NCBI GenBank assembly: GCA_902627495.1
Contig: CACOJS010000001.1
Span: 76,113-140,112, forward strand
DNA from: Hydrogenophilales bacterium
GTDB lineage: Bacteria; Pseudomonadota; Gammaproteobacteria; Burkholderiales; Eutrophovitaceae
Length of the DNA stretch: 64,000 nucleotides
Direction: 5' to 3'
Numbering within the stretch: the first letter of the stretch is position 1; every line of letters starts with the position of its first letter. Below the pieces are notes generated by a model, which ran no database searches, had not been told where the DNA came from, and worked only from the letters and a program-made list of their open reading frames with translations. Both the position numbers and the translations under genes were made by a program. Below are positions 9,165-17,649 of the stretch, piece after piece.

Positions 9165-10199
9165 TTATACTGCTTCCGATAAGGATTCTTTGTCGAAAGT
9201 ATCAATTATGGTTAATCCTAGGTTGATTAACGAATCCCAAGGGTCACTTTTTGAAAGCCCTTTAATAATTAGGTCAGTTTTATGACAATTTTTTATTATG
9301 GAAACGATTTCAGATCGACTTATTCTTTTTGCTAAATAAGGGATTGTTTGTTTACGAAGACCCCAGCACCTTGAGGTGCGAACCGCTTCATTTATTGTTA
9401 TTCCTTTTTTTACTTTGATCATCACAGAAAGAATAGTTCTTATTTCTTGGGTAATTGCCCAGAGAATTAAGGGAGGACTAGTACCCTCAAACTCAAGGGA
9501 TCGAGTCACCTTGACAAATTTCCGGCGATCTTTAGTTAATATAGAGGACCCGATGTCAGAAATATCGTATCGCGAAACATCACGCAAGGCTTGATCTACA
9601 AGATCAAGGCTTAGGCGACCCGTAGGAAGAACTAAACCTAATTTCTCAATCTCTTGCGAAGCTGCCAATAGATTACCTTCTACTCTATCTATTATAAAAC
9701 CAATAGTCTCTCTGTCTACTTTTTGATTCTGGTGACTGAGTTTTTGAGTAATCCAGCTTGGAAATTCAAATTTACTAATTTTTTGTGCGTTGATCATAAG
9801 GGAATTCTTATCCAGTTTTTGAAACCATTTGCTATTTTTTATTTGGCGATCAAAAGAAGATATAGATATTAAGACAATCACATCCGTCAAATCCGACTCT
9901 GCAAGCTTTTGGAGTGCCTTAGCCCCAGCAGTACCGGGTTTGCCTGTTGGTATACGAATATCTATAATTTGCTTAGATGCAAATAATGAAAGATTAGAGA
10001 CAGTTAGCTCAAGTTCATTCCAATCAAAGGTTTGATCTGCATATAATAGTTTTTGATCTGTATAGCCTCTCTCGTGAGCTGTACGTTTTATTTTCTGACA
10101 AGCCTCGATTTGTAGCAACGTCTCTTCGCCATACACTACTAAAATTTTTGGTAAATTTTTTCTCAAAGATGCTGCAAGTTGGTTAGTAGTTATTTGCAT
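9165..10199 (-). CDS. holA: DNA polymerase III delta subunit
   Basis: HolA-like N-terminus (LVVYGEETLL..EA...I...A..RGY), followed by LFASKQIIDIRIPTGKPG. Size is 344 aa. It sits directly upstream of proA, as in many proteobacteria. Confidence 0.8.
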   Translation of the reverse strand: MQITTNQLAASLRKNLPKILVVYGEETLLQIEACQKIKRTAHERGYTDQKLLYADQTFDWNELELTVSNLSLFASKQIIDIRIPTGKPGTAGAKALQKLAESDLTDVIVLISISSFDRQIKNSKWFQKLDKNSLMINAQKISKFEFPSWITQKLSHQNQKVDRETIGFIIDRVEGNLLAASQEIEKLGLVLPTGRLSLDLVDQALRDVSRYDISDIGSSILTKDRRKFVKVTRSLEFEGTSPPLILWAITQEIRTILSVMIKVKKGITINEAVRTSRCWGLRKQTIPYLAKRISRSEIVSIIKNCHKTDLIIKGLSKSDPWDSLINLGLTIIDTFDKESLSEAV

Positions 10200-10289
10200 A
10201 TCGCTGATGTTTTTTTAGTGTGCATTATTATCGATATAATCTTACTTTTTCTGGCAAATGTTTAGCTACAGCTTGTTTTCTTGGTGATG

Positions 10290-12014
10290 CTAAATTTGAT
10301 TTATTTTGTCTAGAATTTTCTCATAGTCTTCAGGTTTGCCCTTTGTAATTTTATCTACCCAAGGTGTTATCTTGGATATATCACTAGATATGATGGCATC
10401 CTTTACTTGCAATAAATTGGCTGGATGCATAGAAAAACTTCTAATCCCTAAACCTAATAATAATCTTATTAAACGCGGGTCACCTGCCATTTCGCCACAG
10501 ATTGATACGGGTTTTTTATTTTTCTCCCCAGTTTGAATGATTTTATTCAGAAGTAAAATTATTGCTGGATGATGTGGATTATACAAATGAGCGACTGTAT
10601 CATCGCTGCGATCAATAGCTAGTGTATATTGGATTAAATCGTTGGTTCCCACGGAAAAAAAATCAAAACTTTCTACAAAAAATTGTAATGCGATAGCTGC
10701 TGCTGGGACTTCAATCATAGCCCCGATAGCAATATTTCGGTTAAATGAAATTTCTTGATCTATAAGTTCAGATTTAATGGATTGTATGAACCTGAGTGTC
10801 TGGGTAATCTCCTGAATCGCCGATACCATTGGAATAAGAATTTTAATATTCCCATAGTTAGAAGCGCGGAAGATTGCTCTTAGTTGATCTCTAAACATTC
10901 TTTGTTCCACTAGACATAGTCTTATAGCACGAAGTCCTAAGGCTGGGTTTGGGCCAGTGGGGTGATTAGTTTGCTCAGTGTGTTTATCAGAGCCGAGGTC
11001 AAAAGTTCTAATGACCAAAGGGTCTCCATCAAGCTCTAGAGCAGCTTTTTGATAATTCAAAAACTGTTCTTCTTCTGAAGGAAGATTTTTCCTCCCGAGG
11101 TATAAAAATTCGGTTCGATATAAACCAATGCCTTCAGCCCCATTTTGTTTTGCTTGATCCATGTCTCCTGGGAGTTCGATATTGGCTAACAGGTTTATTT
11201 TTACTCCATCTTTGGTAGTACTGTCTTTTTTTCTGACTTTTTTCAAGTTCTCCCACTTTTTGTGGGCAATTTGTTGTCGATATTTAAATTCTTCTATGAC
11301 ATCCTCTGAAGGAGAAATAAGAACCACCCCGTTAGTTCCATCAATAATCAACACATCACCTTCTCTTATCAGTTGGCGAGCATTGTGAAGGGCGACAATA
11401 GAAGGAACATTTAGGCTTCTGGCTATAATTGCTGTGTGTGAGGTAGTGCCGCCTACATCTGTTATAAAACTAGAAACATTTTGATCTTTGAATTCCACTA
11501 CCTCGGCTGGCGATATGTCGTGAGCGACTATAATAATATTTTCATTCTTACCGTTAAAAGTGGTTTTATGGCTTTCTCCAATTAATATTCGTAACACTCT
11601 TTCTACCACTTGTGTTATGTCGTTTTTCCGGTCACGTAGATAGTTATTCTTGATCTGTAAGAATTGTTCTAAGAGTTTTTCAACTTGTAGTTTTAGGGCC
11701 CATTCGGCATTACATTTAAGCCTGGTTATCTGATCCTTAGGGGATTGCGATAACATAGGGTCATTGAGAATCAATCTGTGTAAATCTATGAAGCCTTGAA
11801 ACTCCGAAGGTGCCCCCTCTGGTATTTGCCCTTCGAGTGCTGTGATTTCCTCCTGAGCTCTATTGATAGCCCTATTAAAGCGTTTGTGTTCATTATCAAT
11901 TTGTGATGCGTCGACTTCGTAATGGGCGATATCCGAAAAAGCATGAGATATAAGATGTGCTTTTCCTATAGCGATACCATCGGAAATTCCGACCCCATGA
12001 ATCGTAAAACTCAT
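10290..12014 (-). CDS. ptsI: Phosphoenolpyruvate-protein phosphotransferase (PTS enzyme I)
   Basis: Active-site region GGTTSHTAIIARSL. PEP-utilising TIM barrel with FFSVGTNDLIQY. There is no N-terminal GAF domain, so it is EI rather than EI-Ntr. Confidence 0.92.
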   Translation of the reverse strand: MSFTIHGVGISDGIAIGKAHLISHAFSDIAHYEVDASQIDNEHKRFNRAINRAQEEITALEGQIPEGAPSEFQGFIDLHRLILNDPMLSQSPKDQITRLKCNAEWALKLQVEKLLEQFLQIKNNYLRDRKNDITQVVERVLRILIGESHKTTFNGKNENIIIVAHDISPAEVVEFKDQNVSSFITDVGGTTSHTAIIARSLNVPSIVALHNARQLIREGDVLIIDGTNGVVLISPSEDVIEEFKYRQQIAHKKWENLKKVRKKDSTTKDGVKINLLANIELPGDMDQAKQNGAEGIGLYRTEFLYLGRKNLPSEEEQFLNYQKAALELDGDPLVIRTFDLGSDKHTEQTNHPTGPNPALGLRAIRLCLVEQRMFRDQLRAIFRASNYGNIKILIPMVSAIQEITQTLRFIQSIKSELIDQEISFNRNIAIGAMIEVPAAAIALQFFVESFDFFSVGTNDLIQYTLAIDRSDDTVAHLYNPHHPAIILLLNKIIQTGEKNKKPVSICGEMAGDPRLIRLLLGLGIRSFSMHPANLLQVKDAIISSDISKITPWVDKITKGKPEDYEKILDKINQI

Positions 12015-12047
12015 TTTTTGAATACCTCGTAAATAATCTTTAGCAAA

Positions 12048-12317
12048 TTATTCGTTTTCCTCAAACCTATTTTCTATCAGAGTCGCTAGCGATACAAGTG
12101 CGTCATCTTCATCTTTCCCATTAGTTTCAAGTAGCACTTCTTCTCCTTTTGCTGCAGCTAGCATCATTACCCCCATGATACTTTTTGCGTTAACTCGTTG
12201 ACCACCTTTGCTTAACCACACGTCACTTTTGAATTTGCATGCTATTTGGGTAACTTTTGCCGACGGCCTTGCATGCAGCCCTAGTTTATTAATTATTTTA
12301 ATTTTTTTAGTTCTCAT
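12048..12317 (-). CDS. ptsH: Phosphocarrier protein HPr
   Basis: GLHARPS (His15) and NAKSIMGVM (Ser46) motifs. Size is 89 aa. Confidence 0.92.
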   Translation of the reverse strand: MRTKKIKIINKLGLHARPSAKVTQIACKFKSDVWLSKGGQRVNAKSIMGVMMLAAAKGEEVLLETNGKDEDDALVSLATLIENRFEENE

Positions 12318-12325
12318 TTTATTGC

Positions 12326-12736
12326 TCAGGAGGTAATAATTTTTGCAATTCCAAGTGATTCTTTCAATGTTATTTTATTAGTTAATGCATCAAGAGGTAG
12401 TGTACGATAAGTAAGGGCTTTTAAAAGCATAGGCAAGTTAACCCCACTAACTCCAGTAACTTTTTTATTAACAGCTATTTTTTTGGTAACGTTAAAAGGT
12501 GTCGCACCAAATAAATCAGTAAGCAACACTACACCCTTTCCGTTATCGAGTATTCGAAGAAGGTTGTTACCGTTAGCTACCAATGATTCAAAGTTAGATT
12601 TTTCCGTTACACTCAAAGATTCAATGCTTTTTGGCTTTTCCGCCATTATGTGTGTAGCTATTTGAATCAGGCTCTCCCCCAAACCGTAGTGAGTTATTAG
12701 TAAGATTCCGACAATATTGTCTGTATCTGCATGCAT
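12326..12736 (-). CDS. PTS EIIA component, mannose/fructose family, with no cognate EIIB/C/D nearby
   Basis: N-terminal GILLITHYG (phosphorylatable His as in ManX IIA) and TDLFGATP motif. Size is 136 aa. Confidence 0.8.
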   Translation of the reverse strand: MHADTDNIVGILLITHYGLGESLIQIATHIMAEKPKSIESLSVTEKSNFESLVANGNNLLRILDNGKGVVLLTDLFGATPFNVTKKIAVNKKVTGVSGVNLPMLLKALTYRTLPLDALTNKITLKESLGIAKIITS

Positions 12737-12750
12737 TTTTGCCTGCCTTT

Positions 12751-13701
12751 CTATCTAAGGATGGTTAACTTTCTTTCTAATGCACTTATCACCTCAGTTG
12801 CAACGTCACAATTAGTTTGGTTGCTGATTTCTTGCATGCAGGTAGGGCTTGTAACATTAATCTCGGTGAGATAGCTCCCAATGATATCTAAACCAACTAT
12901 AAATAATCCTTGTCTGGACAAACTGGGGCCGACACTATTTGCTATTTCGTTTTCTCGGTCAGTTAGAGGCATCGCAACACCGGTACCGCCAGCAGCGAGA
13001 TTACCCCTAATTTCACCATCCTGTGGGATTCGAGAAAGAGAGTATGGAATAGGCTGTCCATCAATTAATAATACGCGTTTATCACCTTTAGTAATTTCCG
13101 AAATAAACTTTTGTGCCATTATTGTTCGCGATTGATTATGAGTTATTGTTTCAATGATAACGTTAATATTAAGGTCGCCTTTCGACAACTTAAACACTGA
13201 AGACCCCCCCATACCATCTAGAGGCTTAAGAATTATTTCATTATGCACATCTATAAACTGTTTGATAGCAGCGAAATCTTTAGTGACTAAGGTTGGGGCA
13301 ATTAATTGCGGGTGGTTCACGATGGAAAGCTTTTCATTATTATTTCGAATTGCTAAAGGTTTATTTAAAACAGTTGCCCCATTCTTCTCGGCTATTTCCA
13401 ATAGGTAGGTAATATAAATATATTCTGTATCTACCGGAGGGTCTTTTCTAACTAATACATAATCAAAAACATCAAGGGTGGAAGTTTTTGAGGATTCTAT
13501 TTGATACCATTGTTCTGCTTCTTCCTGGACCACGATCTCAGAGGATTTGGCCACTACTTGTTGGTTATTAAGTTGAATATTAGACGTATGAATGACGTGG
13601 ATTTTGTGTCCTCTTTTTTGAGAAGCCAACATCATGGCGACAGAAGAGTCCTTACTAAAAATTAAGGTTTCTATAGGATCAATGATAAAAGCAATATCCA
13701 T
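12751..13701 (-). CDS. gshB: Glutathione synthetase
   Basis: Prokaryotic GshB N-domain (FIIDPIE....KDSS.AMM..A..RGH) and ATP-grasp domain (KPLDGMGG..VF). Confidence 0.9.
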   Translation of the reverse strand: MDIAFIIDPIETLIFSKDSSVAMMLASQKRGHKIHVIHTSNIQLNNQQVVAKSSEIVVQEEAEQWYQIESSKTSTLDVFDYVLVRKDPPVDTEYIYITYLLEIAEKNGATVLNKPLAIRNNNEKLSIVNHPQLIAPTLVTKDFAAIKQFIDVHNEIILKPLDGMGGSSVFKLSKGDLNINVIIETITHNQSRTIMAQKFISEITKGDKRVLLIDGQPIPYSLSRIPQDGEIRGNLAAGGTGVAMPLTDRENEIANSVGPSLSRQGLFIVGLDIIGSYLTEINVTSPTCMQEISNQTNCDVATEVISALERKLTILR

Positions 13702-13804
13702 TCACATACTTATTTATCTATTATTTTATTCGGGGGCTGGTGCTCTCGATTATGAGTATAGCAAATGGAAAGATTTTTGTAGTAAAACTTATTTTGTGTA
13801 TTAT

Positions 13805-13831
13805 AAAAAAAAGGTGCCAAGTAGGCACCTT
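13805..13831 (-). terminator. Rho-independent terminator of glnK-amt
   Basis: The minus strand reads AAGGTGCC-TACTT-GGCACCTT followed by TTTTTT. This is an 8-bp perfect stem, a 5-nt loop and a U-run. Confidence 0.8.
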
Positions 13832-13832
13832 G

Positions 13833-13871
13833 AAAATGGTAATTACCTTAGAGGAGTAAAATGGTAATTAC
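13833..13871. repeat. Two direct copies of AAAATGGTAATTAC (13833-13846 and 13858-13871) flanking GAGGAG/CTCCTC
   Basis: Exact 14-nt duplication with a 25-nt period, read directly from the sequence. The core GTAATTAC is self-complementary. It lies in the amt 3'UTR just upstream of the terminator. Confidence 0.9.
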
Positions 13872-13951
13872 AAAGTTATCCGGATAGGGATATAAACTTA
13901 CTAACAGGTCAAAGCACTCTAAGGGTTCCTCACCCAGGTAAAAGTCACATG

Positions 13952-15343
13952 TTAGGTGTTATAGGAAGTTTCTCCGTGGGTTGTTTTATCCAGACCCTCT
14001 CTTTCTTCATCTTCAGTGACACGAAGACCAACCATTCCATCTACCAATTTGAATAGTATGATACTGAGTACTCCTGTCCAGACGATAGTCACTAGTACGG
14101 CAATGATTTGCGTGACAGTTTGGCTTGCCATTCCAATTCCTTCATCATAGCCAACACCACCAAATCCGGGGGCCATCAGAATGCCTGTTCCAATAGCACC
14201 AACGATTCCCCCGACTCCATGCACGCCAAAAACATCAAGAGAATCGTCGTAGCCCAACATTTTCTTAAGGCTAGTGCAAGCCCATAGGCAGACAATTCCA
14301 GCCACCAGCCCGAGAATGATCGCACCCATAGGGCCCACTGAGCCACAAGCCGGTGTTATTGCAACTAGTCCAGCGATGGCGCCGGATGCACCGCCCAGTA
14401 TGGTAGGTTTACCTTTAGTTATCCATTCCACAAAGACCCATGAAAGCACCGCAGCCGAGGTTGCTAGTTGGGTATTGACCATAACCATTCCTGCCATTCC
14501 GTCAGCTGCCAGCTCACTGCCAACGTTGAAGCCGAACCAACCAACCCAGAGAAGAGAAGCTCCAATCATTGTAAAAGGAAGGTTGTGAGGAGGCATTGCT
14601 TCTGTCCCTAGGCCAATTCGCTTGCCGATCATTATGCACCCGATAAGAGCAGCAATCCCTGCATTGATATGAACTACCGTCCCGCCGGCAAAATCAATAG
14701 CTCCAAGTTGCGAGAGAAATCCACCACCCCAGACCATATGCCATATAGGAATGTAGCAGAGTGTCAGCCATAACGAGGTGAATAATAAAACTGCTGAAAA
14801 CTTAATTCTCTCAGCAAAAGCCCCAACGATAAGTGCAGGAGTTATACATGCAAATGTCATTTGGAAAGTCATGAATACATACTCTGGAATAGTACCATTG
14901 AGGGTTGTATCATCTATCCCTGATAGGAAGAGGGCATCAAAGCTACCAATGATTGCATTGCCCTCTGTGGCAGCTAAGCTATATCCATAAATAGCCCACA
15001 ATATTGACATTAATGATACTGTCACAAAAACTTGCATAAGCACTGACAGCATGTTTTTTGCCCTTACTAACCCCCCGTAAAATAAGGCCAGCCCTGGTAT
15101 GCTCATCATAATCACCAAAATTGTTGCTACGAGCATCCACGCCGTATCGCCGCTATCTAATGCGGGTTCAGTTTCAGCTTCCTGTGGGCTTTCAGCTATT
15201 TCTGTATTTGCAGCAGTTATGTTTTGAGCTAAATATATTAATTCACCACTAATGCTATCGGTTCCATGTGCTGCGTATGACGTTGGTATTAAGCCAATTA
15301 TTAAAGTAAAGCAGCAAAATAAAAAAAATCCTTTTCTTAACAT
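13952..15343 (-). CDS. amtB: Ammonium transporter
   Basis: Amt family polytopic membrane protein (DFAGGTVVHINAG, VFGVHGVGG motifs). It has an N-terminal signal peptide and lies 15 nt downstream of glnK. Confidence 0.93.
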   Translation of the reverse strand: MLRKGFFLFCCFTLIIGLIPTSYAAHGTDSISGELIYLAQNITAANTEIAESPQEAETEPALDSGDTAWMLVATILVIMMSIPGLALFYGGLVRAKNMLSVLMQVFVTVSLMSILWAIYGYSLAATEGNAIIGSFDALFLSGIDDTTLNGTIPEYVFMTFQMTFACITPALIVGAFAERIKFSAVLLFTSLWLTLCYIPIWHMVWGGGFLSQLGAIDFAGGTVVHINAGIAALIGCIMIGKRIGLGTEAMPPHNLPFTMIGASLLWVGWFGFNVGSELAADGMAGMVMVNTQLATSAAVLSWVFVEWITKGKPTILGGASGAIAGLVAITPACGSVGPMGAIILGLVAGIVCLWACTSLKKMLGYDDSLDVFGVHGVGGIVGAIGTGILMAPGFGGVGYDEGIGMASQTVTQIIAVLVTIVWTGVLSIILFKLVDGMVGLRVTEDEEREGLDKTTHGETSYNT

Positions 15344-15358
15344 TTCTTTTGTCTCCGT

Positions 15359-15703
<345 letters not shown>

Positions 15704-15734
15704 TCATGCTCCATTTTTGTGATCTAAAGAGTGT

Positions 15735-15756
15735 CCCTAATAAACTTCTATTAGGG
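15735..15756. promoter_or_regulatory. Perfect inverted repeat CCCTAATA-N6-TATTAGGG at or near the predicted glnK transcription start
   Basis: Read directly from the sequence. It lies immediately downstream of the sigma-54 -12 element. It is either an operator or a hairpin in the 5' leader. Confidence 0.5.
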
Positions 15757-15761
15757 CTTTT

Positions 15762-15777
15762 AGCATTTACTGTGCCA
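15762..15777 (-). promoter_or_regulatory. Sigma-54 (-24/-12) promoter of glnK-amt
   Basis: The minus strand reads TTGGCAC-AGTAA-ATGCT. GG and GC have canonical spacing (consensus TGGCAC-N5-TTGC). It lies about 65-80 nt upstream of the glnK ATG. Confidence 0.75.
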
Positions 15778-15830
15778 AGATAAAATACCACTAGCGGCTT
15801 GGGCATTGCCTAAATCGGGTGAGGTAAAAT

Positions 15831-15845
15831 GCCCTAAAGTAGGGC
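15831..15845. promoter_or_regulatory. Inverted repeat GCCCTA-N3-TAGGGC upstream of the glnK sigma-54 promoter (candidate enhancer/UAS)
   Basis: Perfect 6-3-6 palindrome with the same geometry as the 17-bp NtrC box (TGCACCA-N3-TGGTGCA), but only a partial sequence match. Its centre is about 60 bp upstream of the -24 element. Confidence 0.35.
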
Positions 15846-15900
15846 CATCTAGTCTAAAATTGCTCTTAAATTGAGCGCATAGAAGATAAGGGTTAGTAGC

Positions 15901-16146
15901 ATGAAGAAGGATAAAGTAGATGAAGTATGTGAAAAGATTCAACATTTTCTGGAGAGAAGTCCTATAGATGATGTCAAAAAAAACTTGAAAACAATATTAG
16001 TTAATAATTTATCTAACCTAGACTTGATAACTCGGGAAGAGTTTGACATACAAAAGTCAGTATTGAATAAAACAAGAGAAAAGTTAATAGAGCTTGAAGC
16101 TAGAATTGAAGAGCTAATTAAAAAACAAGACAGCAGTGCCGATTGA
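15901..16146 (+). CDS. ubiK: Ubiquinone biosynthesis accessory factor UbiK (YqiC/BMFP family)
   Basis: An 81-aa coiled-coil protein with LDLITREEFDIQKSVLNKTREKLIELEARIEEL, which matches the UbiK/YqiC core pattern. Confidence 0.75.
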   Translation: MKKDKVDEVCEKIQHFLERSPIDDVKKNLKTILVNNLSNLDLITREEFDIQKSVLNKTREKLIELEARIEELIKKQDSSAD

Positions 16147-16170
16147 TGGTTTCTTGTAAAAAAACCTTAA

Positions 16171-17604
16171 ATGCTACATAGACTACTATTTTTTATGAAA
16201 GCAGGCTGTGGCTTCGGTATTTTTTTGTTTCTAACAACTAGTGCCAATGCTGAGACAGTAGCAACTCATAGATATTTCGTTGAGTTAAATCAGTCGCTGA
16301 CTGAAATGTATGTTAATGCATGTTTTGAGGGCACCCCCAATTTCACCTTGGTAGCCGAGTCTCTGGATGCTTCTTTGGCTTATACACGTGGTAAAGTTGC
16401 AAGTTCTGGGGATGAGGTAAATCCTAGTGGCGAGATAAGTCTCAAAAAGTTGAGGCGAGATGATTGTTTTTCTTATCAGGTCGATATTTCTCGACCAATT
16501 ATGGCTCATGATCCCAGACCTATGACTATAAAGCGTGTCGGCAGAGATGTTATCACGGCAGAGGGAATTTGGTTGTGGCGACCAAAGACTGCCAGCCCGA
16601 CTCATAAAGTTGAAGTTATTTTTACCCTGCCAATCGGAGTGGGAATTTCAGTACCATGGAGTCGTATAAATAGCAAAAACCCATTTCACTTCCTATTAAA
16701 AGAAACTCCATATGACTGGCCCGCCTTCACGGCTTTTGGTTTTTTTAAGGAAACAGAAGTTATGGTTGGGAAGTCAACTTTGAGAGTATCGATATTAGAG
16801 AGTCAGAGGAGATTAGAATTTAAGAAATCAATTTTACAAGGAATTAAAGATGCAGCACGAGCCGTAAGGTCAGTGACCGGCAATTTTCCAGTGGACGATT
16901 TGCAGGTGTTAGTTGAACCGGGTGCTTATGGGCCTAATGCTATCTCGGTTGGATATGTCTCACGCGGAGGAAGGCCGGCCGTTCATTTGCATATCAATGA
17001 GAGAAAGCATGACGTATTTGCTACAGATTCAACGATTCTGCATGAATTCGCACATCTTTTATTACCAAAAATTAATAATGTTGACTCTTGGTTAACTGAG
17101 GGTTTAGCGACATACTATGAGTATCTCCTTGCGGCGAGGGTAGGTCACAAATCCGTTAGAGATACCTTAAATATTTTTCGAAAAAATTTTGAGAGAGCTC
17201 GACTTTCATTGCCCAAACAGTCGTTATTAGAGGTCTCGCAGATCAATTCTATGTCAGTTGGCCGCGATAAAATTTATTGGGGTGGAGCTGCCATCTTTTT
17301 TATGGCTGATGTGAAGCTAAGATTATTGACAGAAGATCAATACTCTTTAGATCATTTAATTTCCGACTTTCGGGATTGTTGTTTGCAAAAAAAAATTAGT
17401 TGGTCTGGGGAAGAGATTTTTTTAGAATTCGATAATATAGCAGGTCATAAGGTTTTTGAAGATCTCTATCGGAGATTTGTTGCGGTAAGTAATTTTCCAG
17501 ATGTATTAGAGGCTTTCAATGCGATAGGGTTTGAGGTTAGTGGTTTTGGTCAAGGCAGAGGAGAAAAGAGGGAAAGTAAGTTACGGCTGGGGATTTTTAA
17601 TTAA
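16171..17604 (+). CDS. Secreted zinc metallopeptidase, MA-clan gluzincin (M1/M61-like)
   Basis: Signal peptide (GIFLFLTTSANA|ET). HEFAH zinc motif followed by WLTEGLATYYEY (third-ligand Glu 15 residues after the second His). Confidence 0.6.
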   Translation: MLHRLLFFMKAGCGFGIFLFLTTSANAETVATHRYFVELNQSLTEMYVNACFEGTPNFTLVAESLDASLAYTRGKVASSGDEVNPSGEISLKKLRRDDCFSYQVDISRPIMAHDPRPMTIKRVGRDVITAEGIWLWRPKTASPTHKVEVIFTLPIGVGISVPWSRINSKNPFHFLLKETPYDWPAFTAFGFFKETEVMVGKSTLRVSILESQRRLEFKKSILQGIKDAARAVRSVTGNFPVDDLQVLVEPGAYGPNAISVGYVSRGGRPAVHLHINERKHDVFATDSTILHEFAHLLLPKINNVDSWLTEGLATYYEYLLAARVGHKSVRDTLNIFRKNFERARLSLPKQSLLEVSQINSMSVGRDKIYWGGAAIFFMADVKLRLLTEDQYSLDHLISDFRDCCLQKKISWSGEEIFLEFDNIAGHKVFEDLYRRFVAVSNFPDVLEAFNAIGFEVSGFGQGRGEKRESKLRLGIFN

Positions 17605-17649
17605 AGTAAAAAACCTAGCACACCATTTCATTCTGGTATTATTATCCTT

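Noticed and set aside
13634-13867. A 77-aa plus-strand ORF across the gshB start and the amt terminator.
   Set aside because: It begins antisense to gshB and reads through a terminator hairpin. The region is better explained as the gshB promoter plus the amt 3'UTR.
15760-15945. A 61-aa minus-strand ORF in the glnK/ubiK intergenic region.
   Set aside because: It covers the sigma-54 promoter and palindromes and runs into the ubiK start. It has no SD and no recognisable sequence.
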